From: Paramoeba atlantica
Lineage: Eukaryota > Protista > Discosea
NCBI GenBank assembly: GCA_977017575.1
Contig: CDRNVI010000021.1
Span: 558,001-622,000 of the forward strand
Direction of reading: 5' to 3'
DNA length: 64,000 nt
The translations under genes and the position numbers were made by a program. How positions within the stretch are numbered: the first letter of the stretch is position 1; every line of letters begins with the position of its first letter. The notes beneath the pieces are model-generated. The model was not told the DNA's origin. It did not search any database and worked only from the letters and a program-made list of their open reading frames with translations. Below, in pieces: positions 1 to 10,959 of this stretch.

Positions 1-2
1 GA

Positions 3-1409
3 GAAAAGAGTACATTTACCTCACTTTCTCCATTAAGCAACTCTTCATCTCTGGATTTCGCTTGCAATCCCTTGAATGATCAACGAGATTTGTTCGCCGG
101 TACATATTTGCATGATTTTTTATGTTGTGTTCTGTTCCTAATCCTCGCGAAGGACAACGACATTTCAACTTGTAAATTAGGCTTACATACACTTGCCTCA
201 ATTTGCTGTGCTCTATCTGATCTTGACTCGTCCATTTGGCAACAACTGAAGATTTTTACTGAGTCTTGTCAAAACTCTGAACTTTCTATTCCATTAGTAT
301 ACTTTGCTGGAGCGTTAGTTGACGCGATTACGACATCAAATGAAGCTTTTAGCGCAGAATGCGACGCATTCTTGTCTTTGTTCGAACGTATTCTCAAGAC
401 TATTATTTGGAGTAACATCGATCTAGAATACCGACCTCTTGCATCGATACTCTGTGGGTTATTCGTCATGAAATCTGATCTTCTCTACAACATTCCTCTT
501 CAAAGATTTTTAGGTTCTGCATGGAATTTCCTAATCAAATTCTCTTCAACTGCTCAAAAATCAAATGTATGTGTCTATGCCTTTAGAACTTGCAGCATCT
601 GTCTTTTACTCTCTCTTGAACCAAAATTTGCTGTTGATACAATAGAAAATGTTTGCAGCAAGGAACATAGGCAAAAGTGGGCAACAATTTTCTCCAATGG
701 TCTTTCTTCTGGCAACAAGACTATGATCAACGAAGTTTGCGCTTCTATTTTCTTGTGGCACGAAGCTTCTAAACATCATTCGAGAAAGTATTTCGCAGAA
801 TACCTCGAACGAATCTTGCATCACGCAGAGTCTATTTCGCACGACGGCGGTCGTACGATCTCGCTAAGTATTTATCAAAAACTTGTGCAAATTGCAGTTA
901 AAAATAGTATTAACGAAGATGTACATAGTGCATCGGTTCCGTTATACACTTTATATCGTCTCCACTATCCAGTTGGGTCAGAATCCTTGTTTTCTGAGGT
1001 TTCTGGACACCGAGCACATCATGTGTTACCTAAAAGTGATATTTCCTCCTGTTTGTTAGAACTGGTTTCGGCGACCCTTGACTGCTACTACTCCATACAG
1101 GAAAGCGCGACCATTTCTTTGGATCTGTTGAAGAACTCCTTCGCAAATCCAGATTCAAATCCGTTTTTAGAATATACAAAGATGGTTTATTCTTGGCCTG
1201 AGAAAAATCAGCGCCCTAGTACTTTCGAATGTTTGGCGGTTGTCACATTAAAGACATTAAACTTGTTGTCTTTTCATTGCGGTTCTATGAAACTTGAATC
1301 ATCATATCCTACTTTCAACAAAGTGCTATGTTCAATCGAAAACTTGGAACGTGTGAAAAAGCAGTTGTTACATCACGAACGGGACATTTTATTTTTCGAT
1401 GATGTTTAA
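3..1409 (+). CDS. Hypothetical protein, 5'-truncated by the window edge
   Basis: Frame is open from position 3 to TAA at 1407-1409 (>460 codons) and is helical/Leu-rich. No motif recognised. Confidence 0.6.
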   Translation, partial: EKSTFTSLSPLSNSSSLDFACNPLNDQRDLFAGTYLHDFLCCVLFLILAKDNDISTCKLGLHTLASICCALSDLDSSIWQQLKIFTESCQNSELSIPLVYFAGALVDAITTSNEAFSAECDAFLSLFERILKTIIWSNIDLEYRPLASILCGLFVMKSDLLYNIPLQRFLGSAWNFLIKFSSTAQKSNVCVYAFRTCSICLLLSLEPKFAVDTIENVCSKEHRQKWATIFSNGLSSGNKTMINEVCASIFLWHEASKHHSRKYFAEYLERILHHAESISHDGGRTISLSIYQKLVQIAVKNSINEDVHSASVPLYTLYRLHYPVGSESLFSEVSGHRAHHVLPKSDISSCLLELVSATLDCYYSIQESATISLDLLKNSFANPDSNPFLEYTKMVYSWPEKNQRPSTFECLAVVTLKTLNLLSFHCGSMKLESSYPTFNKVLCSIENLERVKKQLLHHERDILFFDDV

Positions 1410-1468
1410 AAAATGTATTATGTGGCACGAACATTTATGCTTTTCGTGATCTTTTTTCTATGACATAT

Positions 1469-1535
1469 TAGAGGGTTGAAACCTGTTAAGTTTTGCCGGG
1501 TTTTGCCAAGTTTTGCCTGGTTTTGCCTGGTTCTT
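1469..1535 (+). repeat. Dispersed TE-terminus-like repeat (TAGAGGGTTGAAACC plus GGTTTTGCC subrepeats)
   Basis: The same 15-mer starts at 10524 and a variant at 20518. It is followed by ~10-bp periodic (g/a)gttttgcc motifs. No matching opposite end found. Confidence 0.55.
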
Positions 1536-2326
1536 ATGGCAGTCTGTGACACTCATGGCAACCAGTGGCAGTCTGAACGGCCAAGTCATGTAGGGGGAAG
1601 AGTGGGGATGAAGCTCTTCACCAAGAGAACGAGATCTATCCAATGCTGCAAAAATGAGAAAAAAGTGTATAAAGAAATTCAAATTTCCGCAGGGTGGAGA
1701 TATCTTGAAACCACTGTATATGGTTAGTAGTGGACTGGAGCAGTCACCTCCCTTCATTATGGACATGTTTTCATCAACATGCTGATCTCTGTTCTTCGTG
1801 TATTCATTTTTTTGAGATGGACTTGATCGCCATCGAGAAGTAGTGTCCAATAGCTAGAAGAAGATGAAGGGTCTGTCGGCCTTTCCGGTGGCGAAAGTGA
1901 CGAAACAGATATCCAGGAAATCTATGTGGCTACCAGTGGTAGTGAAGCTGGAGAACCAGAGGACACTTCCGACTACTGAATTTTTTTTGATAATGTTTGA
2001 GTAATTGTCACAGCCTGAGGTGAATTTTTTTCAATTATCATTCTCAATGAAAGGGGGTGTAGTTATTGTGCCGGGAGGAGGGGGGGCACAATAACCCGGA
2101 ACTCGGTTTACATGTACTATATTCTATTATGTTTTTGTTTTCATTATTCTTACTCCAATTCGTGATGATCACACTGTTTGACGCAGTTGTTTCGAAATTA
2201 CTTTTGTTCATGAAAAATGCAGCATTTTGCTTCCTGAAAAGCTCCCGCAAAGTATACTGGTAAGTAATGTATTTCATAAGTAATGTATTTCGTTAGAATC
2301 ATACAAAATAATGTTAGTAACGGTTA

Positions 2327-2835
2327 CCGGGCGTTACTTAATTACGGTTGCCCTTAATTACAGTTTTTACCTAATTACGGTTAATCTATTTAAGATTTAA
2401 ACTGACATTTTTATTTTCCGAGCAAAATATTTTTATGCGCCCTGTGACTGGAATATCGGGAAGCAGAAAGTCGCCTGGGCGAGGAATAGAGCGACTGGCA
2501 TTCCTCGTACAATGTGGAATGCGCCACCATCAGATAATTGCATTACGAGGGGCTTGGAAACATTATAGCTTGGACTTGGCTGCGGGGAACGCAACGATGA
2601 TGCGGATACCACTAGAAGAAAGCTACAACGCACTTTCAAATCTAGTTGATTCGAATCTAGTTGATGATTAATTGTTATCGTTTCATTGATGTTGAAATTC
2701 GTTGCGGTCTTTGCATAACCCATTTTCTCTATTTACGGAATTTCTTAATTACGGTTACTCCCTAATTACGGTTAACCGATTTAAGGTTAAAATCGACGAA
2801 ATTTTAACCGTTAATCGTAATTAAGTAACGCCCGG
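2327..2835. mobile_element. Non-autonomous TIR element (MITE), TA-flanked
   Basis: Perfect 20-bp TIR CCGGGCGTTACTTAATTACG (2327-2346 / 2816-2835), with TA on both sides and subterminal TAATTACGGTT repeats. Confidence 0.85.
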
Positions 2836-3186
2836 TAGTATCAGTACACTATGATGCATAATTTTTTTGTCGCTCCGTTAAACGCGGTGGTTGTTTTCAA
2901 CATACATAGAAATGACTCATGCTGCGAGCTTCGCGTTGAAAACTGCCACCGCGTCTAACGAAGCGACTAAAAAAGAAAAATTGCGGGGGTTTTACAACCT
3001 CTGCCTCTCCCTTCTTTATGGTGTCCGGGGTAGGGTGGATCGAGGATAATCTTCGATTTGGGGGCAAATAGTTGTGCTTAAAAACGTAGGTCTCGGGATT
3101 CGAGCTGCAGTAACTATTAAATATCACTTAAATCAGAAAGTGTCGTTTTTTTCGAAAAGTTTTTTAGATACACAAATTGTTCGTCA

Positions 3187-3870
3187 ATGCCTCGATCGAA
3201 ACGCGTTCGCGTTGAGCACCTAACCCGGAGCAAGCCGAAAGGCCGATCTCATAAGGAAACCCTTATCGAAACCATACGAGAAGCTCTAAAGGAATATCCG
3301 CATCTTTATACATTTGATTATACTAATCTCCGGGCCAGTTTTCTTAAGCAAATTCGTTTAGAGCGACAGGCAGATAGTCGGATGTTTATGGGAAGTAATC
3401 GTGTTATGGCCGTCGCGTTAGGCCGCAACGAAGAGGAGAGTGTTGCACCAAATATATACAAACTTGTTCGTTTCTTAAAAGGGAGCGTTGGTTTGCTTTT
3501 CACGAGACTTTCAAAAAATGAAATAAAGACTTTCTTTCATGAAACTTTCGTACGAGAAGATTTTGCCCGTACTGGGGCACTCGCAACTCATGACTTTGTC
3601 ATACCCTCGGGTTCTCTTTCAACGGAAACATTTCCTCATAACATGAGTGAGCAATTAGCGCATTTAGGTCTTCCGGTGAAATTAGACCATGGAGTAATTC
3701 ATGTGCGCGAGGATACTCCAGTTTGCACCAAAGGGTGTGCTCTTACAAGTAATGCCGCGCAGTTATTAAAGCTTTGGGGAATTCGAATGTGTACATTTCG
3801 CATTACTCTGACAGCGCATTGGACGAATGGTGTAGCTAGGCAAATCGTCGCTCCTTCAGGACATTCCTAA
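3187..3870 (+). CDS. MRT4: mRNA turnover protein 4 / ribosome assembly factor (uL10-like)
   Basis: MPRSKR N-terminus, FMGSNRVMAVALG, GSVGLLFT and LGLPVKLDHGVI match Mrt4 family motifs. Confidence 0.9.
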   Translation: MPRSKRVRVEHLTRSKPKGRSHKETLIETIREALKEYPHLYTFDYTNLRASFLKQIRLERQADSRMFMGSNRVMAVALGRNEEESVAPNIYKLVRFLKGSVGLLFTRLSKNEIKTFFHETFVREDFARTGALATHDFVIPSGSLSTETFPHNMSEQLAHLGLPVKLDHGVIHVREDTPVCTKGCALTSNAAQLLKLWGIRMCTFRITLTAHWTNGVARQIVAPSGHS

Positions 3871-4271
3871 AGCACAATCAGTAACGAATTAAATGCTATA
3901 TTATCACTCTCATTTGAAGTACGATTTCCATATATTCTCTTTTTCTAATACTATTCTAATTCTCCTATTAAATTTGTATACTATACAGACGTATACAGAC
4001 TCGGGCTGTATGTCCGAAATATTGCTCGTCTATTTTTTTGTTTTTTCTGCGTAAAAATGGGGCTCAACATCTTTAATGCACTCAGCGAGGTTGTGAAAAC
4101 AAGCCTATTTAGTTCAGGAATTCGCTAGTCTAAGTTAGTAACAAAATCTATTTTACATACAAGCATGTATTTCCACGTACCATATAGGTGATAAAACTTT
4201 TTCAATAACTTCTCTGTCGTATTTCGTGTGTCTCTTGCTATAACTTTTTTGTTGTATTTCCTTTTTTGCTG

Positions 4272-4532
4272 ATGCTCTCTCCAATCCAAGGAGAAACCTC
4301 TTCACCCGAAAGTGAAAATCAATACAATGTTCCTGACAAATCGACGAAGACACCAACTTGCAAAATATGCTGTGCTTGCCCAATAGAACGCAGAGAACGA
4401 GATGAATGCATCTTGCTCAACGAGGACAGGAAGAAGTGCGTGCGACAGATAGAAAACTTTTATAGTTGTCTTCTACGAGAAGGGTTTACCCAGGAAGAAG
4501 TGTCAAAACTCCGGAAAAACACTAGATCATAG
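4272..4532 (+). CDS. COX17: Cytochrome c oxidase copper chaperone
   Basis: CKICCACP...RDEC-x9-C...C twin CX9C pattern with a CC copper site. First ATG at 4272. Confidence 0.85.
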   Translation: MLSPIQGETSSPESENQYNVPDKSTKTPTCKICCACPIERRERDECILLNEDRKKCVRQIENFYSCLLREGFTQEEVSKLRKNTRS

Positions 4533-4717
4533 CATAATATACCTTCATACACATACGCACGTACACATACGTACGTTTATGTAACCGTAGTACGCCACTA
4601 TCTGGGAGAGAACATTTTTCTTGGACCTCCATTTTTGAATTATTCTTTCGACAAATATTTTTTCAGGAATTAGTCATCATAAAAATTGTAATTGTTAAAA
4701 GAACCTTGTTTTGTACT

Positions 4718-6328
4718 ATGCATTCTGACGGACGTTGCGACTTACAACTTCCTCCTCTGGCGTATAACACTTCTGGATGGGGTCCGCTACCAACGAAAGA
4801 GACTTTTTTAGATGTCCCCGTGGTTCCGATTACTCGGGTCGATCACTCCTACAAGGCTTGTGATTGGATTGGGATTACACCGTATGGCCAGAACGCAATG
4901 CGTGAGGTAGTAGAGGCCGAGGATGCTTTTGAGGTGGTCGACATTGGCAAGAAAAAGAAGAAAAAGTCTACAGGCGGTTTGCCACCCAAACCCGCGCAAC
5001 GGAACTTCGCCACTGCGGGGAAGCGTCCCGAAAGCAAACAACGAGGCGTAACTGACGCGCGTAAAGCGAGAGGGGGTAATCCCGGCCGTCCCCGTCATCT
5101 GGGAGATCAATCCGTCGGTCACCTCTCCTCTGTTCTTATTCGCGACCGGTGGGAGGCAAAGCACCGGATCCCGTTGAACACCTTAGAACGCAGTGGGGTT
5201 CACGTCTCCGTGTCTCCTGCCGAAGACCTCTCCTATCACGGTCACCTTCACACCTTCGATACTTCATTCGACTTTGTTAGTCCGTTAAAGCCGGTTCCCG
5301 TGAGAGCCCCCCCACGGACCCACCCCCACGTGTCACCTCTGGAGGACGAGGTGCTGCGTGAAATCGTGATGGCACGAGGTGAGGAGCAGGACGAACGTCT
5401 GTGTGTGGTGACCAATGAGAGTATCTTATCTACTCTACTCACGGCCCCCCGTAGTATCTTCTCCTGGGACGTAAAGGTCACGCGGGCTGGCCAAGTACTG
5501 TTTTTGGACTGGCGTGGAGATGACGACCTCGCGGATGCCTACACGGTAGATGAGACTTCCACTTGTCCCCCTGTTGACTCCGGTGAGGCCCCTCTGAGGG
5601 ATATTAACTCAGCGAGTAGTCTCTCCAAGGAAGCCACCAAACTCTGCCGGGATCTGACGCAAATGTTAGTAAACCCAAAGCAGCGCGCCAAGCTCACCCG
5701 GGAGGTTCCGCGTCACAAGAATGTATTTGATGCCACAGTTGAGGAGGGAGAAGACCCGGTGGCCTCAACAACATATCTGTATCGTCAATGGACGCTGCGC
5801 CGGGCCTCGGCACCGGACATTGTAGTCATATGCCGATGCCAAGTAGATGCCGTGCTGAAATCCGCCCCGAATAAACCAGGGGAGTTGTTACGTGTGTTTA
5901 CGTTAAACGAGCACAGTGGAAACGAATGGAAAAACAAAATGCAAACCGGTCGGGGTGCCGTTCTTGCACATTTCATCAAGACGAATGCGTGTAAGTTTAC
6001 TCGATGGGCGACAATGGCTACTCTTTCAGGCGTGGATAACGTAAAACTGGCCTACGCCACGCGATCCCTCTACAATAGCAACACCTCTCACCAGTTTCTA
6101 GGGCTTGACACAAAGCCTCCTAGTGAACTGGCAGCACAGGTGGGGTTGAACATGGGGAAGATGTGGAGTGCGTTCTGTGTGCTTGTGGATGCCACACTGG
6201 AGCTTGGGGACGGCAGTTACATGTTGGTTCGAGAAGCTGGAAAGGGAATGCTTACCCTGTATGATCTTGGGGACAGCGAAGATGAAGAAGAGCAAGGGGA
6301 GGTCTCGGAGGAAGAGGAAGATGCCTAG
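4718..6328 (+). CDS. EIF3D: Translation initiation factor 3 subunit D
   Basis: LPPLAYNTSGWGP and DW N-terminal motifs, APRSIFSWDVKV, YLYRQW, NACKFTRWA and an acidic tail. Confidence 0.85.
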   Translation: MHSDGRCDLQLPPLAYNTSGWGPLPTKETFLDVPVVPITRVDHSYKACDWIGITPYGQNAMREVVEAEDAFEVVDIGKKKKKKSTGGLPPKPAQRNFATAGKRPESKQRGVTDARKARGGNPGRPRHLGDQSVGHLSSVLIRDRWEAKHRIPLNTLERSGVHVSVSPAEDLSYHGHLHTFDTSFDFVSPLKPVPVRAPPRTHPHVSPLEDEVLREIVMARGEEQDERLCVVTNESILSTLLTAPRSIFSWDVKVTRAGQVLFLDWRGDDDLADAYTVDETSTCPPVDSGEAPLRDINSASSLSKEATKLCRDLTQMLVNPKQRAKLTREVPRHKNVFDATVEEGEDPVASTTYLYRQWTLRRASAPDIVVICRCQVDAVLKSAPNKPGELLRVFTLNEHSGNEWKNKMQTGRGAVLAHFIKTNACKFTRWATMATLSGVDNVKLAYATRSLYNSNTSHQFLGLDTKPPSELAAQVGLNMGKMWSAFCVLVDATLELGDGSYMLVREAGKGMLTLYDLGDSEDEEEQGEVSEEEEDA

Positions 6329-6721
6329 GCAGTGACGAATGGATCATATAGAATGCGCAACTGAATGTTGAATGGATAAGACGACATTGGGCCTTAGTCT
6401 GCTGAAAAATGCAATTTTGTTCTTTCTTTGTAAAGTCTACTTATTATTTAGCGCAGCATTTGGATAAGGAGGGGATCAGCTTTAAGAATTTTTCTAAGAC
6501 TTTTTACCTACAATTTATGCCTTTTAATATTGCTTTCGCAGAGCCAATATACACGGGAACATCAATACATCTTGTATCTCGTGTATATCTTATAGGACAT
6601 GACAGTTTTCACAATCTCTTACATTTTTTACTTCAAAAAAGACATCTTTACCTCCCAACCCCAATCTTCCACGTTCCCTCCATCTCCCTTTACCCATCCT
6701 CCTCCCTATTCCCCCCACCCC

Positions 6722-7979
6722 ATGCCCTACAAAGGAAAACGTCGCAAGAAGCGTCGCACCCATCTCACCCAACCCCCACCACCCCCCTCCTCCCCCTCCC
6801 CCACCACCCCCTCCCCTGCCCCCCTCCCCTGCTCCCTCCTCTACCACCACGGCCCCGCGGACCCCACCATGGACCGCCTCATCCGGGACTGCCGCAAGGC
6901 CCTCGCCCCCCACACCCTCTCCCACCTCCCCCCCCCACTCCCGCCACCCCCTGCGCGACCTCCTCGCGCTCGCCCCCGCGCTACGGCTCACCCACCTGTT
7001 TAAGTTCGCCAGCCCCCCGCGCGGGCCCACGCTCGCGCTCTCGCGCCTCCCCCACGGCCCCACGCTGTGCTTCCGGGTCCAGTCCTACACCCCGGGGAGC
7101 GGGGTGGTGGTGGGGAGGGGGGCACGGACCCGGGGGTGCGCGGGGGGGCAGCGGCAGTACCAGTACCCCCCGCTGGTGATGTGTAACGGGTTTGGGCGCG
7201 AGGGGGGGGTAGTTTGTGAGGAGGATGAAGAGGGTTCCGTCCCTACCCATAGAGAAGAAAAAAAGAAGTGGGTTTCAGGTTCGCGACTTCGCCCGGAGCT
7301 TGCGCTGACGTTGGAGATGTTGCAGTCGATGGTTCCGGAGCCCATGGTGGAGCGTCGTAGTGATTTGAGTCACATTCACCGTGTGGTGTTGTTTCATTTA
7401 ATGAAGCCCGGGGAGGTGGAGCGTGTGGAGGGGGGGAAGGAGGAGGAGGGGAGAGGGGAGGAAAAGACGCCTGTGGTGTTGGAGATGCGGCATTATACGG
7501 TACAGTCCCGTCCCACGGGGTTGAATCGGAGTATTGCGAAGCTCTCGGGGGGGAATGTCCCGGAGAGTTTTTCGTATGCGGAGAGTTTGTCCGAGGCGTT
7601 GAGTGCGGGGCCTGGGGGAGCTTCGGATACGGAGGGGGAAGGGGAGAATGTTGAACTTCCGCCCGCGCTGACGTTTCGTCGGCAGAAGGGTTCGCTCCGG
7701 GTGAAGCTGGTAGAACTGGGTCCCCGGCTCAGTTTGAGACTGCTCAAGGTGGAGAGCGGGGTGTGTGGGGGCGAAGTGATTTGGCATAGTTACGTTTCCA
7801 AGACCCCAGCAGAGGTGGCGCTCCTGGAGGAGAAAGCCCGTCACACCCGACGCGAGAACAAACGTCGGGCAAGGGAACGAGAAAAACAAAAGGCGGAGAA
7901 AGACGGAAAAGGTGTGGATAAAAAGCGTGAGACAACTAAACGCAGTGCTCCGTCGTTTGAAGAGTCTCCCGCACCGTAA
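6722..7979 (+). CDS. PPAN: Peter Pan/SSF1 Brix-domain protein, split by a frameshift in the C9 run at 6928-6936
   Basis: MPYKGKRRKKRRTH start. After removing one C the frame continues LRDLLALAPALRLTHL...RLPHGPTLCFRV...YPPLVMCNGF...LVELGPRLSLRLLKVESG, which is SSF1/PPAN-like. Confidence 0.85.
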
Positions 7980-8374
7980 GTCGCATTTAATGTAGTAGTG
8001 AAGATTTCAAAAGGAACAGATTTTCTAAAAACACTACTCACAATCAAGATCTGTAATTGAAGTGCTGCAATCACTTCACTACTTTGTCGATATGAATATT
8101 AAAATAGGTATGACGGACATTTTCGTTGTATGCTATCATACGCCGCACGCGCTTTTATAGAAGAATTAAAAGGGTATTGATTTCTTATTTTACGATACTC
8201 TGGTGAGGGATTTCACGTGATCTCGAGTTGACTCTTACCGACAGTCCCTCACATTTCTCAAAACTCTTATGAATTTCTCAAAAAAGTATAAGAACTCTAG
8301 CAGAAAGTTGCTTTATGAATTGGCGTCGTTCATCGGTTTATACTTAAATTTCTCCTTGAATATCTTCTGATTAC

Positions 8375-9223
8375 ATGCCTGCACGCGCACCATTGAAATC
8401 CTTAAATAAGACGTCTGACTCAGCCCAAGTTAGATCATCAACGCCGCGTACTGAAATCGCGCCTTCCCCTCGAAAGCAGGAATGGGAGGAGCTTCAGGGT
8501 TATCTCCAAAAGCTTTTGGATTCAACCAAAGGTGAAGAAATTTGGCATCGCACCCATCACCGCAATATTTTGCGCATGGGAGAAGTGGTGAACAATATTC
8601 GGGAAAAGGTCGATCCTTCATTGCCTTCAATAGATCTTGAGCAGCCTCCATTCGAGCTTTCCGATTCCCATAATTCGAATTGCACTAAGATACACACACT
8701 TCCAGAGTGCTCAAGAGCTCTTCCATTGATGTCTTCCACCACCCCGCTCCCCACGGATGCCGCTGAACTCTCTTTGCATTCGACAATCTCAAAGGCCTTC
8801 GAAAAAGGGACAACAACGCATTGTCTTGAGCTGCATGAGAAACTACATGCCATAAAAAGTGCTCAGCAATTTCAAGAACTTGACGCTGGGCATTTTGAAA
8901 TGTTGATTCCGCTTCTCCAGCACTGGATTTGTGTCTCTCTTCGTGAGCAAGATAAATTGACGCGACGAAAGAACCTCTCGCAGCGCGCACGATCTCGTCC
9001 CACCACAGAACAAAACATTTGCTGCGGATTTTTGTTGCTTTACGAGGGTGTACGATGCTTTCCACATGTAGTGACGCACGCCGCTCACAGGCCTACGATG
9101 AGGGAATTCTACAGCGCATTGATGAATTTATCCGAGGACAGCACTCGTCGTGATGCATGCGGACTCGCAGGAACAGACCTGGTGGGATTTTGTGAACATT
9201 TACGTTTTATTTGTGGCATTTAG
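8375..9223 (+). CDS. Hypothetical protein (282 aa)
   Basis: ATG-initiated ORF on the cluster strand, preceded by a pyrimidine-rich tract. No motif recognised. Confidence 0.55.
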   Translation: MPARAPLKSLNKTSDSAQVRSSTPRTEIAPSPRKQEWEELQGYLQKLLDSTKGEEIWHRTHHRNILRMGEVVNNIREKVDPSLPSIDLEQPPFELSDSHNSNCTKIHTLPECSRALPLMSSTTPLPTDAAELSLHSTISKAFEKGTTTHCLELHEKLHAIKSAQQFQELDAGHFEMLIPLLQHWICVSLREQDKLTRRKNLSQRARSRPTTEQNICCGFLLLYEGVRCFPHVVTHAAHRPTMREFYSALMNLSEDSTRRDACGLAGTDLVGFCEHLRFICGI

Positions 9224-9615
9224 GGATGATACGTTTATTTTTTTGTAGAATATGTTTTTTTTACGAATTAGGTGTCACAACCCTACTTGTACTGTTGTTA
9301 CAAAAAACAATCTGGGAAATTCCACTTATGGAAACTCTTGCTTTCTGTTGTACAGCTTGCCGCGTACTACTACTTGCCAAATGTTTTTTTTAAAGTTGTT
9401 AATGTTTTTACTCTGGGACTCATCACATAATACATGTACATTGTGTGTTCAGCACTTTGGTACGCTTGTTTTGTTATATGGCGCATAAAACCTGAATGCT
9501 GTACTTCGATTTTTACATTATATCCTCCAAGTACTCTTGCATGAGAAAATCTCACGTTTGCTTGTTTTTATCTTTAAAAGCATTCTTTTCTTTTTTCAAA
9601 GCTGTATTTCTGAAT

Positions 9616-10446
9616 ATGATTTTCGAAATGGTAGGTTTGCTGCAGACATATCTTTTTAGCAGCGCAGACGTAACCTCTTGTCCAAAACGAGCTCTTGGCA
9701 AAGTCTCTCGTTCATTACTCCCTCTGGAAATTCAGCTCACACGGTTCACGCAATTGCTCTCCAAGTCACCAGATTCCACGTGGTCTCAGATGGTACCTGG
9801 ATGTGACTGGAATGGCGTAATATGCAACGAAGCCGATGAACCAATAATGTTAGAGTGGAACTGCCTCGGAATGGTAGGAAATTTAACTTGGGCCTATCTG
9901 CCTCATTCGATAACTTGGGTACATCTTGCGGAAAATCAATTAAGCGGGGCCGTGGACCCCGAGTCAGTTTCGTCACTCATTCGACTTGATGGTCGCCAAA
10001 ATCTCTTTTCATCAACGCTGCAACTAGGACTCTTTCCAATAAAAATTGAAACAATACTGCTTTCACGGAACAATTTGTATGGGACCCTTGATCTAACTCA
10101 ATTACCAACTTCTGTGGCTTGTATAAACCTTGACCACAACAATTTCGATGGTTTATTGGACATTAGCGCTCTTCCTCCTTCTCTACAGGAACTGCGTCTT
10201 TCTCAAAACAAGCTGAGTGGCCCCCTATTACCCAGAGATCTTTCAGAAGGTATTATAGTTTTTGCGGTAAAGGGTAACTTTTTGGCTGGGGTGCTTGATC
10301 TCTCACGACTTCCGAACTCACTAAACTCTATTGAGGTCGATTCTAATTTCTTTGATTCCGTGATTCCTCCTAATAAAAATTTTGTAAAAGTGTCTAGCAA
10401 CACCTGGCGGAGAGCGCCGAAGATTCTTATTCGAGGAGTGAAGTAG
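9616..10446 (+). CDS. Leucine-rich repeat protein (paralog 1)
   Basis: CDWNGVIC cap followed by repeats LxxLxLxxNxLxGxLDLxxLP. Confidence 0.85.
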   Translation: MIFEMVGLLQTYLFSSADVTSCPKRALGKVSRSLLPLEIQLTRFTQLLSKSPDSTWSQMVPGCDWNGVICNEADEPIMLEWNCLGMVGNLTWAYLPHSITWVHLAENQLSGAVDPESVSSLIRLDGRQNLFSSTLQLGLFPIKIETILLSRNNLYGTLDLTQLPTSVACINLDHNNFDGLLDISALPPSLQELRLSQNKLSGPLLPRDLSEGIIVFAVKGNFLAGVLDLSRLPNSLNSIEVDSNFFDSVIPPNKNFVKVSSNTWRRAPKILIRGVK

Positions 10447-10523
10447 TCAGCAAAGCATAGTATATCATGGTGAGGAGTTCCTAAATTTGCAAATTCCCTT
10501 GCATATTCAATTACGATATTATG

Positions 10524-10580
10524 TAGAGGGTTGAAACCTGTCAAGTTTTGTCAGGTTTTGCTAAAGTTTGCTCAGCTTTT
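10524..10580 (+). repeat. Second copy of the TAGAGGGTTGAAACC terminus-like repeat
   Basis: TAGAGGGTTGAAACCTGTCAAGTTTTG is nearly identical to 1469-1495. Confidence 0.55.
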
Positions 10581-10959
10581 CCAGGACACCTCCTTGTTGG
10601 GGGTTCATTTTGGGTGGCCAAAATTAATCTTAAGAGCATAACATATATGTTGCTCTCTCATAAATTTATACTTTCGAGTTATAAAAATCTGTTTTACGCG
10701 GGAGCATTAATTTCTATAAATCGAAAAAAACAAACGTTACTTTCATAAGTCCAGTGAATTTCACTGGGCGTAGCTTCACCAGACATATCGTCTGACGTCA
10801 AATCTGTGTAGGTATCCTCGCGCTTTTTTCAGCCACTTTACTTTATCTTAGATTCTTTTTAGATAATCTAAAAATAAGAGGAATCATTTACAAAAATAGT
10901 TTGCCTTGGAATAGTTTACAAAAAGCTATTTTGCATTACCTTGATTCCCTGATCCTATT

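Noticed and set aside
6331-6405. Possible C/D snoRNA (GTGACGA...CTGA...CTGA) after eIF3d
   Set aside because: Non-canonical C box, no terminal stem, and I could not verify rRNA complementarity.
6409-7345. Pro/Gly-rich overlapping ORFs (6409-7179 +, 6590-7063 -, etc.; likewise 21554-21976 and 49841-50220)
   Set aside because: Shadow frames kept open by the stop-poor GC islands. The PPAN, H2A.Z and CobW frames explain the sequence.
8203-8252. Hairpin GTGAGGGA...TCCCTCAC resembling a single-hairpin H/ACA-like RNA
   Set aside because: No AGA/ACA box at the proper position after the stem.
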